IMG/VR virus record: IMGVR_UViG_3300027819_000050
Span: 1-24,534 of that record
Source of the DNA: a virus
Taxonomy: Duplodnaviria > Caudoviricetes
DNA length: 24,534 nt
Direction: 5' to 3' (one strand)
Shown one piece after another: positions 7,302-16,108 of this stretch. The notes under the pieces were generated by a model that was not told the origin of the DNA, made no database searches, and saw only the letters and a list, made by a program, of their open reading frames with translations. Both the position numbers and the translations under genes were made by a program. Each line of letters opens with the position of its first letter. Position 1 is the stretch's first letter.

Positions 7302-8687
7302 ATGTCTGAATGGACTTTTCAAAAGCTAGGTGATATTTTCCGCAGACGTACGGATGTAGTCAGGAATCCAGTCAACTACTACAATTATCAATACTTAGTC
7401 GATAAACCTGCATGGCTATCTCTTCGCAGTGTTCATGAATATCGCAAGGCAGTTGCTGAAAATCCTGTATTGAATGGATGTATCTCAATTCTTGCAAGTG
7501 CGGCGGCAAACGGCAAAAAATACCTGGTTGACCTGAATGGCAAAGAAATTGAGTGGAGTTCACGCCGTACAGGAGTGCAAAATGCACGTAAACTATTTGT
7601 TGATAGGCCAAATCCTTTACAGTCGGTTAAGGAGTTCAACCTAGAGAGAATGTTCATGTTTTTTACTTATGGAAACAATTATGTCTATCTGAATAACCCG
7701 CTAGAATCATTTGATACGGATATTATGACCGTTCAGACAATGATTAATCTTCCATCTGAATGGGTAACAGTTCAACAGACAGGGAAAATTTACGATCAAA
7801 TTGACATTAAAGGCATTATTGAGAAATATTCTTTGATTAATTATGACCCTGTTCGGTATTTTCCACCGGATAAAATCATACATTTTAACGATATTAACCT
7901 ATCGGATGTAGGTAATTCTATTGTCGGTTCATCCCGCTTGGAGTCTCTTCGTTATCCAATTACCAATACTCAACTGGCATTTGAAGCCATGAATGTCATT
8001 TTGAAGAGCCGTGGGATGCAAGGGATTATCAAGGCAAACAACAAAGATGCAACCGGCACTCAAATACCCCTGAATGCAGTCGCAAAATCAGAGATTGATA
8101 AAACTTTTAAATCAGACTATGGACTTCGTGAAAACCAAAACCAATATCTGATCAGCTATTCAGATATTGACTATATCAAGACAATCATGAACAGCGAAGA
8201 GCTCGGAATTTATAAGGAGTTCAGTAATAACGCAATGATTATTTCCAATGGGTTCAATATCCCTACTGAACTTTATAAGACTTACACACAGGGCGCAACA
8301 TTTGAGAACCAAGTACAGGCAGTTCGCAGGCTCTATCAAGACACGATCATTCCGCTTGTTGAGAATGAAGACCTTTATTTTACAGAAAGACTTCAGATGA
8401 GAAAATACGGCTTTGAACTTAAAACTGACTTTTCTCATATCATCTCACTTCAGGAGGCCTTTAAGGAAAAGGCTGTTGCGCTGAGCATGAACGCACGTTC
8501 AGCAGAATTGGCATATAATAACAGCATGATTACATGGGATGAATACCGGATACTTTTGGAACTCCCGCCGGTCGGTGAATTATTAGGAGGTAATCTTTAT
8601 AAATACCAACGCCCTGAAACATTTGCAGCAGATGCAAAGGTATCATTAAGAGAAGTACAAACCACAGATCAAACAATAACGCCATGA
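7302..8687 (+). CDS. Portal protein (HK97-family-like)
   Basis: 461 aa; PNPLQS, YGNNY, IIHFND, GSSRLESL, FNIP and ATFENQ motifs; lies before the protease and capsid genes. Confidence 0.9.
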   Translation: MSEWTFQKLGDIFRRRTDVVRNPVNYYNYQYLVDKPAWLSLRSVHEYRKAVAENPVLNGCISILASAAANGKKYLVDLNGKEIEWSSRRTGVQNARKLFVDRPNPLQSVKEFNLERMFMFFTYGNNYVYLNNPLESFDTDIMTVQTMINLPSEWVTVQQTGKIYDQIDIKGIIEKYSLINYDPVRYFPPDKIIHFNDINLSDVGNSIVGSSRLESLRYPITNTQLAFEAMNVILKSRGMQGIIKANNKDATGTQIPLNAVAKSEIDKTFKSDYGLRENQNQYLISYSDIDYIKTIMNSEELGIYKEFSNNAMIISNGFNIPTELYKTYTQGATFENQVQAVRRLYQDTIIPLVENEDLYFTERLQMRKYGFELKTDFSHIISLQEAFKEKAVALSMNARSAELAYNNSMITWDEYRILLELPPVGELLGGNLYKYQRPETFAADAKVSLREVQTTDQTITP

Positions 8688-8767
8688 AAACAAAATTATC
8701 AAAAATAGAAATCGAAGCATTGAGATTAAAGAAACTGGAAAAGTCCAGTAAACTCGTTAAAAAATAA
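8684..8767 (+). CDS. 27-aa basic peptide (not in ORF track)
   Basis: MKTKLSKIEIEALRLKKLEKSSKLVKK; ATGA overlap with the portal stop, ending 4 nt before the protease ATG. Confidence 0.5.
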   Translation: MKTKLSKIEIEALRLKKLEKSSKLVKK

Positions 8768-8771
8768 GGCT

Positions 8772-9632
8772 ATGGAAAATCAATTTAACTATGGTGCTAA
8801 ACAGTTTGGAACTCAAAAAGAGCTGTTTGCTTTTCTGTTTAAGAACAAAAAACAGTTGATCGCACAAAAAAAGGCGGTTACAAAGTTTGCTGATTGCGTT
8901 ACCTGTGAGCCTGTGATTATGCACGATAAACCAACTAAAACAGAAAAGGCTGATCAGCCAATAGAGGGAGTATTACCCGACACGCTGAGAGTGGGCGTAA
9001 TCATCAACACTACCAATTTCATGGATTGTCACGACGATGTTCATATACCTGGTCTTTGGTCGAAATCTTTGGCAGAAAACAAAATGATGATGCACGTTCA
9101 GGAGCATGAAATGGAATTTGAAAAGATTATCTCAGACGGTAAGAATCTGAAAGCATATACCCGCAATTACACATGGGAGGAACTTGGCTATAAATATCCC
9201 GGAGTTACCGAGGGGCTCACGTTTGATTCGATCATCGAACGCAAACGAAATGAGTTCATGCTAAACCAGTACAAAAATGGTTGGGTAAGAAATCACTCGG
9301 TCGGGATGCGTTATGTGAAATTTGATTTGGCCATGAATGACGAAGATTGCCCGAATGAATTTGCAGCGTGGAATTTGTATTACCCACAGATAGCCAACAA
9401 AGAAAGAGCTGACGAAAAAGGTTATTTCTGGTATGTGATTGAGGCCAAATGTATCGAAGGGTCAGCCGTCCCGATGGGTAGTAACTCAGCCACTCCTACA
9501 ATGACCGTTGAAGAAATGCCAATTGAAGAAACTAAGAATGAGCCGCCAATTGAGGCACTCCCTATAGAGCCGGAGCAATCCACTCATAAAAGTATTGATT
9601 ACAATTATTTATTAACCCATTTAAAAAATTAA
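8772..9632 (+). CDS. Prohead (maturation) protease
   Basis: DCHDDVH, QEHEM, NHSVGMRY and EGSAVPMGSN motifs of HK97-type prohead serine proteases; between portal and capsid. Confidence 0.85.
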   Translation: MENQFNYGAKQFGTQKELFAFLFKNKKQLIAQKKAVTKFADCVTCEPVIMHDKPTKTEKADQPIEGVLPDTLRVGVIINTTNFMDCHDDVHIPGLWSKSLAENKMMMHVQEHEMEFEKIISDGKNLKAYTRNYTWEELGYKYPGVTEGLTFDSIIERKRNEFMLNQYKNGWVRNHSVGMRYVKFDLAMNDEDCPNEFAAWNLYYPQIANKERADEKGYFWYVIEAKCIEGSAVPMGSNSATPTMTVEEMPIEETKNEPPIEALPIEPEQSTHKSIDYNYLLTHLKN

Positions 9633-9636
9633 AAAG

Positions 9637-10956
9637 ATGGATGAGAAAGAATTATTGTTAAAAGAAATTCAGGGACTTATCGCTGATTCACAAAAAGAAA
9701 ATGTGACAGAGAAAGCACTGAATGACCGTATCGAAGCAATCAACAAGCAGATCGAAGCGAAATTGGACAACGCAGGAATGGCAGCACTAAAAGAAAGTGT
9801 TGACAAACTATTGCAAGCCACAGCAGAAAACGCAGCTGCAATTAAGGCCGTCAATGAGACCGCTAAGCCACAAGGCAAAAAAGGAACAGTAAAAACATTC
9901 CGTGAAGCTATCGAAGAAGCCCTGATGGAAAAATCCGAAGGGTTGCTGGTAGAGAAAAACGATGACAACGGAAAACGTCTTTCACTGAAAGATTATTTCA
10001 CCGAAAAAGGCAACAAAACCACTCCGGTTTTCACGTTGAAGGCTGTTGATATGCTCGAAAGCAATATCGTTCAGAGCAACGTTTCCACAGTTCGTTTGAC
10101 AGAACTTGACCCGAACAGGGTAAGTATCCCGTTGACCATTTACCCGCACGTAATGGAGTGGATGCCTTCAAAAGGTATCACCCGCCCGTACATGAGTGTG
10201 TTGGTGGTTTATTCCTATTCTGACGGAGCCGGGACAAAAACCGAAGGCAGCGCACCTGGTCAGTCCAGCTTCTTGCTGAAAACTATCGAGTTCAAAGCGT
10301 TCACAATTTCAACCTTTGGAACCTTGTCAGATGAAACATTGGACGACCTTCCAGAAGCAATGGATGAAATTGCCATGGTATTCCCTTCCAAAATCCTGGA
10401 CAACGTGGACAGTCAAATTTTGGGCGGTGCAGCTGGTGACGACGTTTCTACCCTGAAAGGTCTGGCAGCAGCCACAAAACACACTAATTGGAATGGAACA
10501 GCTTATGCCGTAACTATCCCTGGTGCAAATATGATCGACCTGATTGATCTATTGGCATTCCAAGTCAGGAATAACAAATATATTCCTGATGCAGTTATCA
10601 TGAATCCTGTTGAACGGATCAAATTAGGTCAATTGAAAGACTTGTTCAACAATTCAATCAGTGACCGACGGATCACCTTCGACACACTTGGCCGACCTGT
10701 TTTCGTTTCTGGTTTGAGAATTTTTGAATCTACCGGAATCACTGCCGACACGATGTTTGTTGTTGACAGCAAACAACTTCTGATTGGAAAGCGTAAAGAT
10801 ATGACACTTGAAATTGGTTACAATGGTACAGACCTTTCAGAAGGCCAAAAAACCGTCGTGGTTAAAGTTCGTGTAGCTTTTGCCGTACGTGATGCTAATG
10901 CTGTGGTTTATTCCGCCGCTGTTGCTGCTGATGCATCTGCACTTGTAAAAGTTTAA
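9637..10956 (+). CDS. Major capsid protein (HK97 fold with N-terminal delta domain)
   Basis: Coiled-coil N-terminal ~130 aa with possible K/A cleavage (TLK-AVDM); KTEGSA, LSDETLDD, DSQILGG and VIMNP motifs. Confidence 0.92.
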   Translation: MDEKELLLKEIQGLIADSQKENVTEKALNDRIEAINKQIEAKLDNAGMAALKESVDKLLQATAENAAAIKAVNETAKPQGKKGTVKTFREAIEEALMEKSEGLLVEKNDDNGKRLSLKDYFTEKGNKTTPVFTLKAVDMLESNIVQSNVSTVRLTELDPNRVSIPLTIYPHVMEWMPSKGITRPYMSVLVVYSYSDGAGTKTEGSAPGQSSFLLKTIEFKAFTISTFGTLSDETLDDLPEAMDEIAMVFPSKILDNVDSQILGGAAGDDVSTLKGLAAATKHTNWNGTAYAVTIPGANMIDLIDLLAFQVRNNKYIPDAVIMNPVERIKLGQLKDLFNNSISDRRITFDTLGRPVFVSGLRIFESTGITADTMFVVDSKQLLIGKRKDMTLEIGYNGTDLSEGQKTVVVKVRVAFAVRDANAVVYSAAVAADASALVKV

Positions 10957-10960
10957 TCCA

Positions 10961-12154
10961 ATGAAAAAGGGATTAATTTTTATTGTGCTGATTTTTGCAG
11001 CAATTATCAGTACAGCAGCAGATAGGAGCTTAACGATTGCACCGGGTTATACCATGCTGAATCGGTTTACCCTGAACGCCAGCGATACTATCACTACGAG
11101 CGCAACCGTAACATATTCGATCACGAACCTTCAGAAGTATATGCAACATCAGGTTTTTACCGTTGCATTAACGACTGTTTCAGGTTCACCTTCGGTAACA
11201 ATTACCGCACAAGGCAGGGTAACATCGACAAGCGCATGGGTAACAATTGGAACCCCTATAACTTGGACAACGACCGGCAATAATGGAAGTATGGCGAGCG
11301 TTGACCCTTATAATTACAACTATTTAAGGGTCACATTTGTAGCAAGTGGAGCAACTCAGTTAACCAAAATCACAGGGTTTGAGGTGAAGACCGCCAACGC
11401 TTATGACATCCCTGCTAATTCCGGCACGCTGACAATCAGTCGAGCGACAACCGGGGTAGTAACCGTAACTACAAAGGACGACGACGCAAACGCTGCCACT
11501 GTTTACCGTGCGGGTGGAACGGGGGCGCTAACTTTAGGCAGCGCAGCAGGGACAACTGCTATTACTTCAAGTGACTGGGCTATCTCAGCTACTGGCGATC
11601 AGACAGGCATGGGTGCAGCTACTTTTGATGGATTGGTAACAGCCACGGCAGGGCTTTCATTTGCAACAGGATCGACAGTGTTCTGGGCAAAGGGTGGAGT
11701 ACCAACAGCGGTAACAACGGGGACGGATGTTGCAGCTTCAGCAGGAGCAAGATGGTGGGTTGAGATAGAAATACCTCACAATGCAACAATAACCGGACTT
11801 TCTTACTTAGTTGGGTCTGTGGGTGGTACTGATTCTGTTATGGTTCATCTCTACAATTCAGCAGGTACGCAGGTAGCGACTTCAAAGAAAACAGGCGCAG
11901 CTCACGGTGACTTAGTTGGAACTGCAGCGCAACTTCAATCGGTAGCATTCACCGCACCTTATGCGGCTGTTGCAGGTAAATATTTTGCCGCCGTTCAGTT
12001 TAACGGTACTACCGCCAAATTTAGGGCTTATCTCATTCCTGGTAGTAAGTTTGTGGCCAATACAGCGGCAGGTACTTACGATACAGCAGTAGCGAGTATA
12101 ACGCCTGGAAGTACGTTTGTTGCAGACAAAGGGCCAGTAATATCGACATACTGA
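10961..12154 (+). CDS. Signal-peptide-bearing, Thr/Ala/Gly-rich beta protein in the head-decoration/head-fibre position
   Basis: MKKGLIFIVLIFAAIISTAA Sec-type leader; beta-rich mature part; starts 4 nt after the capsid stop. Confidence 0.7.
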   Translation: MKKGLIFIVLIFAAIISTAADRSLTIAPGYTMLNRFTLNASDTITTSATVTYSITNLQKYMQHQVFTVALTTVSGSPSVTITAQGRVTSTSAWVTIGTPITWTTTGNNGSMASVDPYNYNYLRVTFVASGATQLTKITGFEVKTANAYDIPANSGTLTISRATTGVVTVTTKDDDANAATVYRAGGTGALTLGSAAGTTAITSSDWAISATGDQTGMGAATFDGLVTATAGLSFATGSTVFWAKGGVPTAVTTGTDVAASAGARWWVEIEIPHNATITGLSYLVGSVGGTDSVMVHLYNSAGTQVATSKKTGAAHGDLVGTAAQLQSVAFTAPYAAVAGKYFAAVQFNGTTAKFRAYLIPGSKFVANTAAGTYDTAVASITPGSTFVADKGPVISTY

Positions 12155-12318
12155 TGGAAGCAATAGTTAGAAATGGTCAGAGAATCAGCGGAAAAGTTGC
12201 CGAAATACTCGTAAGGGTAGGTTTGGCAACTCCCGCCGAAGCCAGCGAGGTGGTCGTTAAAAAACCTATTCAGAAAACGCCAGTGAGTGGGTCGTTAAAA
12301 AAGAAAGTTAAAAAATAA
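12154..12318 (+). CDS. 54-aa protein with Lys-rich tail (not in ORF track)
   Basis: MEAIVRNGQRISGKVAEILVRVGLATPAEA...KKKVKK; TGATG overlap; resembles small post-capsid head accessory proteins. Confidence 0.65.
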   Translation: MEAIVRNGQRISGKVAEILVRVGLATPAEASEVVVKKPIQKTPVSGSLKKKVKK

Positions 12319-12321
12319 GTT

Positions 12322-12954
12322 ATGTCATTCATTGATAGCTCATATTTTGTAGGTGAAGCGTTTATACCGAATATTTCGGCGAACACGACAAACATTAACC
12401 AGGCAATTACTCAGTATGAAAAAGAAATACTGATTCACCTGCTTGGTTATAAGTTGTATTCGCGTTTGATCGCTGACCTCACGGGAGCGGGAGGCGTTCC
12501 GGTTACTCAAATTTACAAGGATCTGGTTAATGGTGCGGAGTTTACACACACCTTCAGGGGTCAATCATTCCTACTGAAATGGGAAGGCCTGCAAAATACT
12601 GCAAAACAATCATTGATAGCTTACTATGTTTACTATCAGTATGTCCAACGAGATGTTACACACTTGTCAGGGGTTGGAAATATCAAGACTCCCTCAGGAA
12701 CAGAACAACGGGCATCATCGGTAAACAAACTTTGCAACGCATGGGAGCGCATGAGGGAACTGTATGGAATTGTACCACCGGAATATAAAAGGTATTTCGG
12801 TGGTTATAAACAAATTCAGTCTTTATCGGCTGACCAACTTCCTTATACTTTCAATTGCGACCCATCTGCATATAACTTTCTTTTTGCCAACAAAGCAAAT
12901 TATCCGGATTGGCGGTTCACACCACAATGGAATATTAACGCATTTGGAATATGA
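12322..12954 (+). CDS. Putative head-tail adaptor/connector
   Basis: Position after the head genes; MSFIDSSYFVGE...YEKEILIHLLG...SLIAYYVYY pattern seen in Bacteroidota phage connectors. Confidence 0.6.
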   Translation: MSFIDSSYFVGEAFIPNISANTTNINQAITQYEKEILIHLLGYKLYSRLIADLTGAGGVPVTQIYKDLVNGAEFTHTFRGQSFLLKWEGLQNTAKQSLIAYYVYYQYVQRDVTHLSGVGNIKTPSGTEQRASSVNKLCNAWERMRELYGIVPPEYKRYFGGYKQIQSLSADQLPYTFNCDPSAYNFLFANKANYPDWRFTPQWNINAFGI

Positions 12955-13439
12955 ATTTCAAGGATCTATTTAAAACTGTTGTCGATAATGTCAGGTTGGA
13001 ATACGACCCGACAAACAATCTACGGCCTTACTTTCAGTTTGGTTTGTATGCTGACCTTATCGAAGCATTAAACATTAAGGATAACAACCAGATTGGAAAG
13101 TACCCTTTGATTTGGCTGGTTTGGGAAAAGTCCGACAATCAACAGCGATGGATCGACCCTTGTTTGTATTCTATTTCTGTTCGTGTTTTTATTTGCGATC
13201 TGGCAGTTCAGGATGACAACACCGATGAACGCTATACAAATGTCTATCCTGCACTTAACTCAATTTTTGACATGTTAAACAAGGAATTGAAATACAGTCC
13301 TCAGATGGGTTTTGAAAAGGATTACAGCTACACACTTAACGATCTCCCGGCCTGTCAATTGGATGGCTCTTCTGGTATTCCTGATTTTATTTCAGCTAAA
13401 GAAATCAATTTCAAAAATATTTACGTTTATAACACATAA
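12951..13439 (+). CDS. Putative tail terminator/completion protein
   Basis: 162 aa with KYPLIWL; immediately upstream of the putative major tail gene. Confidence 0.5.
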   Translation: MNFKDLFKTVVDNVRLEYDPTNNLRPYFQFGLYADLIEALNIKDNNQIGKYPLIWLVWEKSDNQQRWIDPCLYSISVRVFICDLAVQDDNTDERYTNVYPALNSIFDMLNKELKYSPQMGFEKDYSYTLNDLPACQLDGSSGIPDFISAKEINFKNIYVYNT

Positions 13440-13445
13440 AAAATT

Positions 13446-14342
13446 ATGGCAACATTCAAATACAGCGGTAACGGGGCAAGCAAGGCACTCCTTCAGGACG
13501 TGAAAGGCTTGATCATCCTTACTAAGAACACTACCTTATCGGTCGCCAATGCAAAAACACTGGTCGCTGGATGGGGCTCATTGATCAACCCATCGACTAC
13601 TGCAGCGATTGCGGCAACGTATATCGACATAGCCAGAGGGTTTGAATCAAAGACAAAGGCGGCTGAAATGGTCACCTCTAATACAGGATTTGAGGAAAAG
13701 GCGAAAGATTTTCCTCCTCAGTTCATCGCATACGGATATATTTCCTATGCTGATTATCAAACATGGTTTGCAGCGGATGGTCAGGAGTTCGATTTTATTC
13801 CTGTTTTGCAGGATGGTAAATTGATTTTTCCGTTAACTTCTGCTGGACTTATGATCGGATTCTGTGGTCGGTTGATCATTACTAATTTCGATCTTCCAAA
13901 AGCTGGCGGTGCAGAAAAAGCAAAGTATGCTGAATTTACCGTTTTGTTCGATGACGTGGATCAGATGAAGAACGCCCAGATTGTTACACCGGCATTTACC
14001 CGCAAAGAATTGAGCGCACTCGTTCCGGTTGGTTTGAATTTGGAAGTCATTACGGCTTACGAAAGCACTGGAGGTACAGTAGTAGTGAAAGCTACTAATA
14101 GAGCCACTGGTTTGCCGTATGTAGGACTTACAACAACAGCCGAATTTGAGATTGTTTCAGTTAGTGGTGACACTGGCGGGGCGGTTACGGTTGTTGGTGC
14201 AACATCTGCAAATCTGGGATTATACACCCTTACTGTCCTGAATGGTGCTGCGAAGATGACGAAGCCATTCGAGGTAAGAGGAGTGAAGATTACTGCTGGG
14301 GCTGTTGCTTATCTTACTAATGTGATTAATATACCTGTATAA
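13446..14342 (+). CDS. Putative major tail (tube) protein, probably with a C-terminal Ig-like domain
   Basis: 298 aa, MA start, structural composition, beta-rich C-terminus; no sheath gene visible. Confidence 0.65.
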   Translation: MATFKYSGNGASKALLQDVKGLIILTKNTTLSVANAKTLVAGWGSLINPSTTAAIAATYIDIARGFESKTKAAEMVTSNTGFEEKAKDFPPQFIAYGYISYADYQTWFAADGQEFDFIPVLQDGKLIFPLTSAGLMIGFCGRLIITNFDLPKAGGAEKAKYAEFTVLFDDVDQMKNAQIVTPAFTRKELSALVPVGLNLEVITAYESTGGTVVVKATNRATGLPYVGLTTTAEFEIVSVSGDTGGAVTVVGATSANLGLYTLTVLNGAAKMTKPFEVRGVKITAGAVAYLTNVINIPV

Positions 14343-14539
14343 TGGCACAGTTCGGCAAAGTAAGCGTAAAGGATGACAATCATTGGGATAAGTGGAGTTG
14401 GAAAGACTTTTCAGATTTCTACGACAACTCATTGAAAGGTCACTGCACGGAATCGCTCGAAGAGGTTGCTAAGGCTCTTGGGGTCGTTATTCCCGAAAAA
14501 GTCAAACCTGATAAGGTAAAACCAGCCGTTGAGGCTTAA
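14342..14539 (+). CDS. Hypothetical protein (possible tail assembly factor)
   Basis: 65 aa, TAATG-coupled to the tail tube gene. Confidence 0.55.
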   Translation: MAQFGKVSVKDDNHWDKWSWKDFSDFYDNSLKGHCTESLEEVAKALGVVIPEKVKPDKVKPAVEA

Positions 14540-14546
14540 ACAAAAT

Positions 14547-14578
14547 AGGTGTTACGAGAGATTGTGGCACCTTTTTTT
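14547..14578 (+). terminator. Intrinsic terminator after the capsid-to-tail-tube block
   Basis: AGGTGTTACGA-GAGA-TTGTGGCACCT hairpin (GNRA loop) running into a T7 tract. Confidence 0.8.
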
Positions 14579-14596
14579 ATTCAAATTAAAACTAAA

Positions 14597-15034
14597 ATGA
14601 GCAGAATTATCGACATACAGAAAAAGAGCAATCAGTACATGGCAGCATTCAAAGATAACGTGATCCGTGTGATTGAATCAAATGAGAAAATCATGCTGAA
14701 CATGAATAAGTCTCAGATGTTAGGCTCTTTTGATGCTATGGACAAGTCGCTGATTCACTCCCGGACTAAGTCGGAATATCTAAGCAAACCCTATGCACGG
14801 CGCAAAGGCAAAAGCAAACCCAATCTCTTTGACCGTGGAGATTTTCAGGGCGGTATGTTCATGACTATGCCAACGGAAAAAGATTACATCATAACGTCAG
14901 ACGATCCTAAAGTAAATTTTCTGATTGGCAACTACGGTTCTATTTTCGGGGTAAGTCCAAAGAACCAACCGAAAGCAAAAGAGGTGAATGATAAATCAAT
15001 TGTCGAAGATTATTTTAAAAACGTATTCCAATGA
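14597..15034 (+). CDS. Putative neck/tail-completion (virion morphogenesis) protein
   Basis: Start ATG 14597 (MSRIIDIQ); YARRKGK..PNLFDRGDF...YGSIFG resembles morphogenesis-family motifs. Confidence 0.55.
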   Translation: MSRIIDIQKKSNQYMAAFKDNVIRVIESNEKIMLNMNKSQMLGSFDAMDKSLIHSRTKSEYLSKPYARRKGKSKPNLFDRGDFQGGMFMTMPTEKDYIITSDDPKVNFLIGNYGSIFGVSPKNQPKAKEVNDKSIVEDYFKNVFQ

Positions 15035-15483
15035 GTTACGATTCAATAAATGACACAAAGCTGCATCAATGTAGGGTAGGAACCTTATTGTGTAATGCAG
15101 CAGATGAACTAATTAGAAGAAGCGAGATTCATGACGCTTCAAAAATCGAAAGTCCCGAAAAAGAACTATTCGATGAATACACCCCAAAATTGGCGGGGTG
15201 CACGTATGGCAGTGATGAATATAAGGAATTTTTAACAGGGTTAAAAGTCGCCTTAGATCATCATTATGCAAACAACTCACATCATCCAGAACACTACGAA
15301 AATGGAGTTGATGGGTTTGATTTATTCGATTTGATTGAAATGTTCTTCGATTGGAAGGCCGCAACAGAAAGACACAATGATGGAAATATTTACAAGTCAA
15401 TCGAAATAAATACTAAGCGATTTAACCTTTCGGATCAGGTCGCTCAGATTTTTAAAAATACTGCAATTAAACAAGGCTATTAA
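15031..15483 (+). CDS. DUF5662-like HD-type metal-binding protein
   Basis: IHDASK, LDHHYANNSHHPEHY and DLIEMFFDWKAA motifs. Confidence 0.75.
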   Translation: MSYDSINDTKLHQCRVGTLLCNAADELIRRSEIHDASKIESPEKELFDEYTPKLAGCTYGSDEYKEFLTGLKVALDHHYANNSHHPEHYENGVDGFDLFDLIEMFFDWKAATERHNDGNIYKSIEINTKRFNLSDQVAQIFKNTAIKQGY

Positions 15484-15484
15484 A

Positions 15485-16108
15485 ATGTTAAAACCGCTGC
15501 ACGAAATAACCCTAAAGGATGTCATTTTACTTGACGCCACAAAGTCTGCAACCGTATTAAAAAAATATTGGTTCATCCCGTTATTTTTATGCAGGAAGGA
15601 ACTTGAATCGTTGGCAAAACAAATATTTGAATCTATCGGAGGTAAAACTATTGATGATTTACAAGATCAATTTGACAGGCTTACAAGTTATCGGAGGCTG
15701 CTAATTTTAGAGGCTCTCTATAAGGCTGTGCAGATCGAATTTGAGTTAAAAGGCAGAGTTACGGCATGGAAGGTACTTTTAGGAAAAGACTTCAAGGAAT
15801 CCCCACAATTGGAGCAAGTCTTGGCAGAGGTTTTGAAGCATACAGGCATAACAATTGAGACACCTGAAAGCCTGAAAGATTTTGCCGACTACGTTCAGTT
15901 TAGAATAGATAAACATGCTGAAATGTTTCCTGAGATTGAAGAGGTAAAAGAAACAACTCCGCTGATTGATGTTTTTTATTCGGTGTTCAACTACATGAAT
16001 GAGCCGTTCAACGACAAGATGCTACTGATTGCCTTTATCGGAATGAAAAAAATGGCAGAAAGCAGGATTTTAAAACAATCAAATACAGACGAAAATGAGC
16101 TTCAGTAA
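15485..16108 (+). CDS. Hypothetical protein (possible tail assembly chaperone)
   Basis: 207-aa helical protein immediately before the tape measure gene. Confidence 0.5.
   Translation: MLKPLHEITLKDVILLDATKSATVLKKYWFIPLFLCRKELESLAKQIFESIGGKTIDDLQDQFDRLTSYRRLLILEALYKAVQIEFELKGRVTAWKVLLGKDFKESPQLEQVLAEVLKHTGITIETPESLKDFADYVQFRIDKHAEMFPEIEEVKETTPLIDVFYSVFNYMNEPFNDKMLLIAFIGMKKMAESRILKQSNTDENELQ

Noticed and set aside
12579-13824. Alternative-frame + strand ORFs (12579, 12764, 13312, 13642; also 2175)
   Set aside because: They overlap longer, better-supported genes and have no recognisable features.
14549-14596. Track start of the 14549 ORF
   Set aside because: The GTG lies inside the terminator hairpin; ATG 14597 after an A-rich tract is more plausible.
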